From the NCBI RefSeq assembly GCF_000737315.1, contig NZ_JMCB01000003.1:806001-870000 (forward strand): 64,000 bases of DNA, in the 5' to 3' direction. The position numbers and the translations under genes were made by a program. The stretch comes from Hyalangium minutum (GTDB lineage: Bacteria > Myxococcota > Myxococcia > Myxococcales > Myxococcaceae). Each line of letters begins with the position of its first letter. Position 1 is the stretch's first letter. A model generated the notes under the pieces. It searched no databases, was not told where the DNA came from, and was given only the letters and a program-made list of their open reading frames with translations. This document shows, one piece after another, positions 37,609-46,588 of the stretch.

Positions 37609-40074
37609 TCAGGTCTCGGAGGTGGTCGAGTGCTGCGCGCCACCGCCTCCTTGGAGCGCCTCGTGAGGCAGCGGGACGGGCGTGAGGCGGGCCGACCGGA
37701 ACCCTCGGGCCGTGGGGAAGATGATCCGGAACGTCGTGCCCTGGCCCGCCTGGCTCTCCACGGAGATCTCTCCCCCGCAGCGGGTGATGATGCCCTGGCA
37801 CACGAACAGCCCGAGCCCCGTGCCCACCCCCACCGGCTTGGTGGTGAAGAACGGATCGAAGATGCGCGAGCGCATCTCCGGAGGAATGCCTCCCCCTGTG
37901 TCGTGCACCTCGACGATCACGTGCCCTTGCACGGTGCGCAGCTTGATGCGGATCTCGTTCTGCTCTGCCTGCCCGGCTGGAATGGCCTGCGCGGCGTTGA
38001 TCAGCAGGTTGAGGAAGACCTGCCCCAGCCGCCCCTCGCTGCCCTCGACCGGCGGAACCTCCACGAAGTCCCGCACCAGGCGGGCGCGCGTGCGCAGCTC
38101 CGCCCGGGCGATGGTGATGGCGGACTCGATCACGTTCTGCAGGTTGACGGGCGTGGGCACGTCATCGTCCGCGCGCGAGAACGTCTTCAGATCGGCCACG
38201 ATCTGCCGCACCTTGTTGGCGCCCATGGCCGCCTCGCGCAGCACCTCCTCCATCTCCACCACCCGCCCCAAGGGCAGCTCTCCCGCCAGCGTCCGCAGCT
38301 CGTTGGCCAGGTACGACAGGTTGGCGATGACGAAGGTCAGCGGGTTGTTGATCTCGTGCGCCACGCCGGCCGCCAGCGTGCCCATGGCCACCAGCCGATC
38401 CGACAGCACCAGCCGCGCCTGCATCTGCTTGCGATCGGTGAGATCGCGTGCGCTCACCACGGTGGAGGGCTCTCCGTGGAACAGCACACTCAGGCAGCTC
38501 ACCTCGGCCGTCATCACCCGGCCGTTGCGCTGCACGAAGCGCAGCTCGCTCGCCCCCGAGCGCACCTGATCGGGCGCCACGTCCAGCAGGCCCGCCGCCA
38601 TCTCCCGATCCTCGGGGTGCACGTACTGGAGCACCCGCGAGCCCACCAGCTCGGAGGCGGGCAGTCCCAGGAAGCGCATCGCGGACGGATTCACGAAGAG
38701 GAGCGGCCCGCCCCGGTGCACGAAGAGGGCCTCTGGCGAGCCTTCAATGAGCGCGCGGAAGCTCTCCTCGGAGCGCCGCAGCGCCGCCTCGGCCCGCTTG
38801 CGCTCGGTGATGTCGAGGGCCACCGCGCCCAGGAAGCACCGCCCCGCCCCATCCTTCACGGGGAAGCGGTAGATGAGCCAGTGGCGGCAGGTGCCATCCG
38901 GCGCGGGGATGATGGCCTCGGTCATCGTGCACTGCCCGGACTGGAGCACCTCCTGATCGCACTGGCGGACGTACTCCACAGCCTCGCCCGCCATCAGGTC
39001 GCGATCCGCGACGTCGCGCAGCTCCACGCCCTCCAGCTTATAGAAGCGCCGGTAGGGCTCGTTGGCCCAGACGCGCCGGCCCTCGGCATCCTTCATATAG
39101 GCCAGCGCCGGGCCGTTGTTCATGAAGGAGGAGAACAGGTCCTGCGTCTCCTGCAGCGCCGTGAGTGCCGCGGCGCGCTCGGCGGCCAGGGCCTGCTTGG
39201 CCTCATACTCGGAGGCATTCGCCATGGCCGCGCCGAGCAGGCCGGCCAGCAGCTCCATGGTCCGCGCCTCCCGCTCCGAGAACGAGCGCGGCTGCGCGGA
39301 GAGGATGTTGAGCACTCCCGTCACCCGGAGCCCATGCCGCAGCGGCACGGTGATCATCGATCGGATGCCGATCTGCCGCGTGGCCTGCCGGTTCACCCGC
39401 TCATCCAGGTCGGTGTCCACCGAGTGCAACACCTCGCCGCGCAGCACGCTCGAGCCCGTCAGGCTCTTCTCCACGGGCAGCCGGAAGCCCTGGAAGTGCT
39501 CCACGCACCCAACAGCGACGCGGTACACCACCTCCTCGCCCTCGAGGATCCCCACCGCCGACCCGTCCGCGCCACACAGCACCCGCGCCTGCTCGCAGAT
39601 GCGCCGCATCACCCGCTGCGGCTCCAGCCCCGCCTGCATGATGTCGCTCTGGAGCTGGATGATGTCCGCCAGCCGGGCCAGCTCGCCGCCGCCGCGCTCG
39701 CGCACGAACTGCGCGGAGTCGGAACACCGGCGCGCCAGCAGCGTCAGCCGGGCCTTCACCTCGGCGGACACGTAGGGGGCCACCAGGTACTCGTCCACGC
39801 CCGCAGCCACCAGTGGGGCCAGCGCCTCCTCCTCGTGCGACGAGGCCAGGCCCAGCAGCAACAACCCGGGCGGAGCACTGGCGCGCAGCCGCTCCAGCCA
39901 CCGCGCGTCCACGGCCAGCCGCGCCGCCTCCACGCCCAGCACGTCCACGGGCTCTCGCGCCAACCTCTTCCCTGCCTCGGTTGGGTCTGCTTCGACCTCA
40001 ACGGAGTGCCCCCACCGGCTCATCTGCGCGATGAGCGCCCGGTCTGGGTCAGAGGTGACGAGGAGCATTCTCAT
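37609..40074 (-). CDS. Cytoplasmic sensor histidine kinase: pseudo-receiver-GAF-PAS-PAS-HisKA-HATPase
   Basis: GVAHEINNPL H-box, QVFLNLLINA N-box, DTGGG, FDPFFTTK, GTGLGL; GAF (IRSMITVPL); two PAS (PALAYMKD, YVHPED). Confidence 0.93.
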   Translation of the reverse strand: MRMLLVTSDPDRALIAQMSRWGHSVEVEADPTEAGKRLAREPVDVLGVEAARLAVDARWLERLRASAPPGLLLLGLASSHEEEALAPLVAAGVDEYLVAPYVSAEVKARLTLLARRCSDSAQFVRERGGGELARLADIIQLQSDIMQAGLEPQRVMRRICEQARVLCGADGSAVGILEGEEVVYRVAVGCVEHFQGFRLPVEKSLTGSSVLRGEVLHSVDTDLDERVNRQATRQIGIRSMITVPLRHGLRVTGVLNILSAQPRSFSEREARTMELLAGLLGAAMANASEYEAKQALAAERAAALTALQETQDLFSSFMNNGPALAYMKDAEGRRVWANEPYRRFYKLEGVELRDVADRDLMAGEAVEYVRQCDQEVLQSGQCTMTEAIIPAPDGTCRHWLIYRFPVKDGAGRCFLGAVALDITERKRAEAALRRSEESFRALIEGSPEALFVHRGGPLLFVNPSAMRFLGLPASELVGSRVLQYVHPEDREMAAGLLDVAPDQVRSGASELRFVQRNGRVMTAEVSCLSVLFHGEPSTVVSARDLTDRKQMQARLVLSDRLVAMGTLAAGVAHEINNPLTFVIANLSYLANELRTLAGELPLGRVVEMEEVLREAAMGANKVRQIVADLKTFSRADDDVPTPVNLQNVIESAITIARAELRTRARLVRDFVEVPPVEGSEGRLGQVFLNLLINAAQAIPAGQAEQNEIRIKLRTVQGHVIVEVHDTGGGIPPEMRSRIFDPFFTTKPVGVGTGLGLFVCQGIITRCGGEISVESQAGQGTTFRIIFPTARGFRSARLTPVPLPHEALQGGGGAQHSTTSET

Positions 40075-40168
40075 TTTCAGGCGCTTTGAAACTCAACTGT
40101 TACAAACACCTGAGATTATTTTGGTTGTTCATAGAAAATGTCTACTTCAATACGTTTCACGTTGAGTC

Positions 40169-40975
40169 ATGTCGGTTGATATGCTCCCGGGCGTGACAGG
40201 TACCCTTGGCGTCCTGGTCGCTGAGCAACCGCATTACCTGCCGTGGCTGGACTTCTATGAGCAGGTGGCGCGAGCAGGCAGGCTGCTGATCCTGGACAAC
40301 GTGCAGTGGCTGCGGAGGGGCTGGCAGCGGAGGACGCGGGTGGCGCTGCCGCACCACGTGCCGACGCCGGAGCCCTCGGAGCCCGGATTCCAGTGGCTCA
40401 CCATTCCGCTGGAGGGAGCGCACCGGGACAGCCTGATCTCGGAGCTGGCGGTGGACACGGAGCAGCCGTGGGCACGCAAGCACCTGCAGACGCTCATCAC
40501 ACTCTATGGCGGGCGGCCGTACTTCCGCAGCCAGGTGCTCCCCCGGCTGGAACCCTTCTATGCGGAGGCAGCACAGGCCCGAGGGCCCGGCTCGTTGCTG
40601 CGCACGCTGATCGCCAGCATGGCGGTGTTCTACGAGCCGCTGGGGCTGGCTCCCAAGGTGGTCCTGGCCTCCACGCTGGAGCGCCCGCATCCGGACAAGA
40701 CGGGGCGGCTGGCGGGGTACTGCGTGCAGCTGGGCGCGGACACGTACTACTCGGGGACGGGCTCGACGCTGTACCTGAAGCCGGCGCTGTTCCGGGAGGT
40801 GGGGGTGCGGCTGCTGTGGCAGCGCTTCCGCTATCCGGAGTACCCCCGGGGGCGCGAGGGCCGCTTCGTGCACGGCCTGTCCATCGTGGACGTGCTGTCC
40901 AACGTGCCGGCAGAGCAGGTTCGCGAGTGGCTGAAGCCCTCACCCTGGGGCCCCTTCGCTCCGCCAGCGGGGTGA
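40169..40975 (+). CDS. WbqC-like family protein
   Basis: EQPHYLPWLDFY, LDNVQW...WQRRTR, WLTIP, YPEY...FVHGLSIVDVL. Confidence 0.88.
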   Translation: MSVDMLPGVTGTLGVLVAEQPHYLPWLDFYEQVARAGRLLILDNVQWLRRGWQRRTRVALPHHVPTPEPSEPGFQWLTIPLEGAHRDSLISELAVDTEQPWARKHLQTLITLYGGRPYFRSQVLPRLEPFYAEAAQARGPGSLLRTLIASMAVFYEPLGLAPKVVLASTLERPHPDKTGRLAGYCVQLGADTYYSGTGSTLYLKPALFREVGVRLLWQRFRYPEYPRGREGRFVHGLSIVDVLSNVPAEQVREWLKPSPWGPFAPPAG

Positions 40976-40999
40976 GACAGGGGACGCTCGGTGGGGCGG

Positions 41000-42676
41000 C
41001 TACGGCGCCTTACCGACAGAGGCCATGGTGGTGCGCTCGGAGGTGTCCTTGTCGAAGCGCACGAAGTAGCTGCGCACGGCGCGGTCCAGGAGCACCGGGT
41101 TGAGCTGGGGAGGAATGCCCAGGTAGTTGGCCATGTCGATCACCTGATCGAGCAAGTCACGCGGCTGGCAGGCGGCGAAGAGGCGGCCCACGGAGCGGTA
41201 GTGCTTCTCGACGAGGTACTCGACCATGTCCGGGTCGTACGGCACGCCGCGCTTGCGGCACATGATCTCGAAGATCTCGAAGAACTGATTCTCGTCCGGC
41301 CGCTGCACCTCGAGCTTGTAGCGCACGCGGCGCAGGAAGGCGTCGTCCACCAGATCCGAGGGATCCAGGTTGGTGGAGAAGGCGGCGAACACGTCGAAGG
41401 GCACCTGCACCTTCTTGCCAGTGTGCAGGGTGATGTTGTCCACGTCGCTCTCGAGCGGGACGATCCACCGGTTGAGGATGTCCACCGGAGAGGCCTTCTG
41501 GCGTCCGAAGTCGTCGATGAGTAGCATGCCGTTCATCGCCTTCATCTGGAACGAGGCCTCGTAGTACTTCACCTCGGGCGAGTAGACGAGATCGAGCATC
41601 TCCAGCGTGAGCTCGCCGCCCACCACCACCAGGGGGCGCTTGATGCGGACCCAGCGCCTGTCATACGTGGCGGCGCCCGGCTCATCCTCGACGGCCTTGT
41701 GAAGGATGTCATCGTACACACGCACGATGAAGTCATCGATCATGATGGCGTAAGGGATGAAGATGTCCCCCTCGAAGCAATTGACCATGCACTGGCAGAT
41801 GGCCGTCTTGCCGTTGCCGGGGGGACCGTAGAAGAAGATGGCACGCCCGGAGTTCATGGCCGGACCGATGCCGTCGAAGATGTAGTCGCGGATGCTCAGG
41901 TCGCCGAACTTGTCCTCCATGCGGGCGCGGGTGATGCGGTTGCCACGGACGGTCTGCTTGCGGACGGCGTAGACCCAGTCCTGGATGGGGATGGGGGCGG
42001 GACCGTTGTAGCGGTTGCGATCGAGGATCTGCCGCATCAGCTCGGTGGCGAACGAGGTGAGCTGGTAGATCATGGTGGAGCGGCCCACGCCCGAGGAGCC
42101 GCCACCGCGGATGTCCAGGTACTTCTGGCGGCGCAGGCCCTCGATCACCTCGTCGACGATGGCGGAGGGCAGCCTGAGGCGGTTGGCGATGTCCATGCCC
42201 CGCATCTCGCCGGCGAAGAAGACGGCCTTGAGGATGAGCTCCTCCACCATGGCCACGTTGAGGCCGGCTTCCTCGATGGTGCGCGGCTGAGAGGGCCAGA
42301 AGCTTCGCTGGGCGGGGGGCGCGGAGGGCTCGAGGGCGCGGCGCTGCTGGGTGGCCATGCGGCGCTCGGGCGCGGGCGGCGGCCCGGCGGCCGGAAGGGT
42401 GCGGCGATCCGGGCCAGGGTACTGGGGCGCGGGGCCGGAGCGCCGATCGGGGCCGGCGTACTGGGTGGCGGCCCGGCCATGGGTGACATCCTCGGGAGGC
42501 GGCGCCGGGGGCACGGCGGCAACCATGCCGGTAGCGCCCTTGGGGCGCGGAGGCGCGGCCAGCGGGGGAGCTGGAGCCTTGGGCGTCTCGACCGGGGTGA
42601 CGTTGCGGTCCAGGTCGGTTTGATGCTCGGGGGGCGCGAAACCGGGAGGAGTTCCTGGCCTCTTGAACTCAGACAT
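41000..42676 (-). CDS. AAA-family ATPase with Pro-rich N-terminal extension and winged-helix segment
   Basis: FYGPPGNGKT Walker A, LLIDDFGRQ Walker B, FSTNLDP sensor, AFLRRVRYK Arg finger. Confidence 0.88.
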   Translation of the reverse strand: MSEFKRPGTPPGFAPPEHQTDLDRNVTPVETPKAPAPPLAAPPRPKGATGMVAAVPPAPPPEDVTHGRAATQYAGPDRRSGPAPQYPGPDRRTLPAAGPPPAPERRMATQQRRALEPSAPPAQRSFWPSQPRTIEEAGLNVAMVEELILKAVFFAGEMRGMDIANRLRLPSAIVDEVIEGLRRQKYLDIRGGGSSGVGRSTMIYQLTSFATELMRQILDRNRYNGPAPIPIQDWVYAVRKQTVRGNRITRARMEDKFGDLSIRDYIFDGIGPAMNSGRAIFFYGPPGNGKTAICQCMVNCFEGDIFIPYAIMIDDFIVRVYDDILHKAVEDEPGAATYDRRWVRIKRPLVVVGGELTLEMLDLVYSPEVKYYEASFQMKAMNGMLLIDDFGRQKASPVDILNRWIVPLESDVDNITLHTGKKVQVPFDVFAAFSTNLDPSDLVDDAFLRRVRYKLEVQRPDENQFFEIFEIMCRKRGVPYDPDMVEYLVEKHYRSVGRLFAACQPRDLLDQVIDMANYLGIPPQLNPVLLDRAVRSYFVRFDKDTSERTTMASVGKAP

Positions 42677-42789
42677 GGACCCAGCCTAGCGCACTCCCTG
42701 GTTTTTCTCCCCTTCCCGCCCGTGGGGAGGCCCAGGAGGGGATCAGAAGGGCACAGCGTCCTTGCATGGGGGGTGGTAGCTTTGGGGGT

Positions 42790-44448
42790 ATGAGCTTCCT
42801 CCAGGATCCTCCCCGTCTCGGGAATCAGTACGACGACGACGCCCTGCTGCAGAGCTACCTTGCCCGCCAGCTCCCCGAGGAGCTTCGGCGCTCCGTGACA
42901 GAAGAGTTACGGGAGCTGGGCGAGCTGAGCGGAAAGTACTTCTACGAGTTCCAGCTCCGGGATCGGCTGAACGAGCCGGAGCTGACGCAGTGGGACGCGT
43001 GGGGCAAGCGGGTGGACCGGATCGAGGTGTCGCCGCTGTGGAAGGAGGCGGAGGCACTCGCGGCGCGGCGGGGTCTGGTGGCGGTGGCATATGAGCAGAA
43101 GAGCGCCGAGCTGAGCCGGGTGCACCAGTTCGCGTTGAACTACGTGGTGCAGCCCTCGCTGGACGTGTACTCGTGCCCGCTGGCGATGACGGACGGAGCA
43201 GCGAGGACGCTGCTCTCGCTGGGGAACCAAGAGCTGATCGCGCGTGCCCTACCCCACCTCACCTCGCGGGATCCGGCAACGTTCTGGACGTCGGGCCAGT
43301 GGATGACCGAGCGGACGGGCGGCTCGGACGTGGGGCTGACGCAGACGGTGGCCAAGCAGTCGCCGGAGGGCTGGCGGCTGTACGGGACGAAATGGTTCAC
43401 GTCGGCGACGACGTCGCAGATGGCGCTGACGCTGGCCCGGCCGGAGGGCAATGGGCCAGGGGGTAAGGGACTGGCGCTGTTCTTCGTGGAGACGCGCAAG
43501 GCGGACGGGATGCTGAACGGCATCCTGATCAACCGGCTGAAGGACAAGCTGGGGACGCGCAAGGTGCCGACGGCGGAGCTGACGCTGGACGGCACGCTGG
43601 CGATACCGGTGGCGGGGCTGGCGGACGGCATCAAGAACATGGCGTGGATGCTGAACGTGACGCGCACGTGGAACGCGATGGGTTGCGCGTGGGCGATGCG
43701 GCGGGCGATGGCGCTGTCGAAGGACTACGCCACGCGGCGGGTCCAGTTCGGGGCGAAGCTCGCGGAGAAGCCGCTGCACGTGGACACGCTGGCGGGGCTG
43801 GAGGCGGAGACGCACGGGGCGTTCCTGATGGCCTTCCGGGCGGCGGAGTTGCTGGGGCGGATGGAGGCGAAGGTGGCGAGCGAGGAGGAACTGCTCCTGC
43901 AGCGGCTGGTGACGCCTCTGGCGAAGCTGACGACGGGCAAGCAGGCGGTGGCGGCGACATCCGAGGCGGTGGAGGGCTTCGGCGGTGCGGGGTACGTGGA
44001 GGACACGGGGCTGCCGCGGTTGCTGGCGGACGCGCAGGTGATGAGCATCTGGGAGGGAACGACGAACGTGCTCTCGCTCGATGCGCTGCGGGCGCTGGCG
44101 AAGGAAGGGACGCTGGACGTCTTCCACGCGGATGTGGAGCGGAGGCTGGCGGCGGCGAAGGACTCCCGGCTGAAGCCGTGCGTGAAGGCAGTGGAGGAGT
44201 CGCTGGAGCACGCACGGAGCTGGGTGGCGGGCTCGCTGGCGAACCCGGTGGGACTGGAGGCGGGGGCGCGGCGCTTCGCGCTGACGCTGGGACGGACGCT
44301 GGAGCTGGCGATGCTGGTGGAGCACGCGCAGTGGAGCCTGGACCACGGCCATGGGCCGAAGGTCCTGGCCGCGGCCCGGCGGTTCACGCGCCATGGCGTG
44401 GATCAGATCACGGACATGGACCTGGACGACTCACGCCTGCTGGCTTGA
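42790..44448 (+). CDS. Acyl-CoA dehydrogenase family protein (AidB-like)
   Basis: CPLAMTDGA, GQWMTERTGGSD, GTKWFTS, RLKDKLGT, GGAGYVED, IWEGTTN. Confidence 0.92.
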   Translation: MSFLQDPPRLGNQYDDDALLQSYLARQLPEELRRSVTEELRELGELSGKYFYEFQLRDRLNEPELTQWDAWGKRVDRIEVSPLWKEAEALAARRGLVAVAYEQKSAELSRVHQFALNYVVQPSLDVYSCPLAMTDGAARTLLSLGNQELIARALPHLTSRDPATFWTSGQWMTERTGGSDVGLTQTVAKQSPEGWRLYGTKWFTSATTSQMALTLARPEGNGPGGKGLALFFVETRKADGMLNGILINRLKDKLGTRKVPTAELTLDGTLAIPVAGLADGIKNMAWMLNVTRTWNAMGCAWAMRRAMALSKDYATRRVQFGAKLAEKPLHVDTLAGLEAETHGAFLMAFRAAELLGRMEAKVASEEELLLQRLVTPLAKLTTGKQAVAATSEAVEGFGGAGYVEDTGLPRLLADAQVMSIWEGTTNVLSLDALRALAKEGTLDVFHADVERRLAAAKDSRLKPCVKAVEESLEHARSWVAGSLANPVGLEAGARRFALTLGRTLELAMLVEHAQWSLDHGHGPKVLAAARRFTRHGVDQITDMDLDDSRLLA

Positions 44449-45313
44449 GGTAGCCGTCTCTCGGGCGTTTCGCGGCCCAGCTCGCTTCCGCAGCGTTCAA
44501 GTGCTCCTGCAGGAGCGCATTGATCCTCTCCGGAAGCTGCAAGGTCACCCCATGGGAGCCATCGGGGATCTCGACATATCGAGCCCCGGGAATGCCAGCG
44601 GCCAGGGCTCGCCCTCCGACGGGAGGAGCGACGCGATCATGCGAGGCGCTCACGACAAGGGTGGGAATGCTCGCCAACCCACTCAGGAAGGGGGTGGCAT
44701 CGGCACGGCGCATGGCGCCCATCTGCCGCAGCGCTACCGGGGGCTGCTCGGCGAGGTCGTGACTGAACAGCTCTGCGAGACGCTCGGCCAACGCGTCCCG
44801 ATCCACACCGGCCAGCGCATCGGAAGGCAGCACGAGCTCAAGAAATGCGTGGCGCCGCATGCGGCGTGTCCCGAGTCGAGTACGAAGCCCAGCCCAAATG
44901 ATCCAGGGCGTCGGCCGAGTGGGAATCGCCCCCGAGGGAAAAGTGCACATCAGCGCAAGGCTCCGCACACGAGTCCGTGCTTTGTGCGCGAGGTAAAGTG
45001 CCACCAACCCTCCCAGGGAATGCCCCATCACATGCGCGCTTTGCCACCCCTGCGCATCCATGAGCACGAGCACATCCTCGGCCATGAGTTCAACCGTGAG
45101 TGCCCCACTCAGCGGCTGACTCTCGCCGAACCCACGATTATCGAGGCACAGGCAACGGAAGCTCGCCCCTAGCGCCTCGACCTGAGGCCTCCACCCAGCA
45201 GCGCCGATGCCGATGCCGTGGATCATCACCACCGGCGGCCCATTCCCCTCCGCGAACCAGCTCAGGGAGCAACCACGATGCAGCGTCGTCTGACGGGTGG
45301 ACAGAAGACCCAT
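44408..45313 (-). CDS. Alpha/beta fold hydrolase
   Basis: MIHGIG, DNRGFGES, GHSLGG, DRV, SHG; 3' end overlaps the convergent acyl-CoA dehydrogenase gene by 41 bp. Confidence 0.85.
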   Translation of the reverse strand: MGLLSTRQTTLHRGCSLSWFAEGNGPPVVMIHGIGIGAAGWRPQVEALGASFRCLCLDNRGFGESQPLSGALTVELMAEDVLVLMDAQGWQSAHVMGHSLGGLVALYLAHKARTRVRSLALMCTFPSGAIPTRPTPWIIWAGLRTRLGTRRMRRHAFLELVLPSDALAGVDRDALAERLAELFSHDLAEQPPVALRQMGAMRRADATPFLSGLASIPTLVVSASHDRVAPPVGGRALAAGIPGARYVEIPDGSHGVTLQLPERINALLQEHLNAAEASWAAKRPRDGYLKPAGVSRPGPCP

Positions 45314-45361
45314 ATGTGCTCCAAGAGGCTCATCCCAAGACAGCCTCTGCAGCCAGCATCC

Positions 45362-46522
45362 TTATCCATCTTTCGCCCAGGGAGAAACCTCAGCGTGAGC
45401 AAGCGCATCCGCGCCCATGTCCTCGGCGGATACCCCGCGGTCGCGATGGTCTTCAGGAAACCGATGGTGGCAGCATGGCCTGTCCACCTCCCGCCCGCGC
45501 GGCGAAGCCCCCCCTGTCGGCCGCGTTTGGCACGAACCTGTCGGACAAGCAGACCGACTCGCGCAAACTGGTCCCGACAGTTCCCCCTTCACGGCAGTCG
45601 TGGGCTCCGGCGGCGTCCCCTCGGGTGGTTCTCCTGCGAAGGTCGCTGGCGCCCCGCTCAGGGTAGGCTCGAGAATCGACTTCTCAGCGCAGGCTGGCTC
45701 AGCCTCGAAGTCTGGAAACACTTCGTTTGAAACTGTCGCTGCGTCCGGCGACGCCGGACTCGCAGAAGCATCGGGAGGGGTAGCTGTCTTGTCACGGGTT
45801 TCGGGAGCTGGTGTGAGGCGGCTGAGAAGGCGCTCGTCACATGCCTTCAACAGGGCCGGCAGGTCCCGCCGAACCGCCTGCGCATCCCGCTCGCCCAGGG
45901 CATGAAACGCGCACATGGCCCACTGGTACATGGCCTTGGCATCCAGGTGTGGCACCAGCTTTCCAGCCATGCCCCCAAAGGACTTCTCCAAGGACTGGAC
46001 GAGCAGGAAGTGGCCGGGGCGCACCGCCACGCAAGCCGCCAGGCGCAACAACTCGAACTCCCGCTCCACCCACTGCCGGGCCTCTGGCTTCCAGCGCGTG
46101 TCCTCGGCCAGAGCGAAGCAAGCGTCGATCAACGGGGCCAATTCCCTCTCGGAGGCGTGCTCGCAGCATGCGGCCAGCAGTTCCACGGCCGTTTCCCGCT
46201 TCAATGAGAGATATCCCTCCAGCAGCCGCAGTCTCTCGGGATGGGCTGGCCCAATGTCATGCAGCGCCACACTCAGGTTCTCGAGCGTGATCGCAACATC
46301 CAGCCTCGCAGCCCGGTTCCTGCGTCCGGGGTGTTGCACCACCACCCCTCGTGCGGCCAGCTGCTTCAGCGCCTCCCGGACCGTACTCCGTGAGACACCG
46401 TAGGACTTCGCCAGCATTTGCTCCGAGGGGAGACTTCCATCTTTGGGCAATCTTCCCTGTGAGATCGTTCGCTCGAGATCTTCCGCGATGCGCGCCACGA
46501 ATCCCTGCGGTTCCAACACCAT
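45362..46522 (-). CDS. GntR family transcriptional regulator with long low-complexity tail
   Basis: ATG at 46522; LPSEQMLAKSYGVSRSTVREALKQL wHTH. Confidence 0.88.
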   Translation of the reverse strand: MVLEPQGFVARIAEDLERTISQGRLPKDGSLPSEQMLAKSYGVSRSTVREALKQLAARGVVVQHPGRRNRAARLDVAITLENLSVALHDIGPAHPERLRLLEGYLSLKRETAVELLAACCEHASERELAPLIDACFALAEDTRWKPEARQWVEREFELLRLAACVAVRPGHFLLVQSLEKSFGGMAGKLVPHLDAKAMYQWAMCAFHALGERDAQAVRRDLPALLKACDERLLSRLTPAPETRDKTATPPDASASPASPDAATVSNEVFPDFEAEPACAEKSILEPTLSGAPATFAGEPPEGTPPEPTTAVKGELSGPVCASRSACPTGSCQTRPTGGASPRGREVDRPCCHHRFPEDHRDRGVSAEDMGADALAHAEVSPWAKDG

Positions 46523-46588
46523 CCACCACCCTCCTCGTTGCAGAGGGTGTGCATCAAAGCACAAGGGGCTGACATCAACGGGCAGGTC

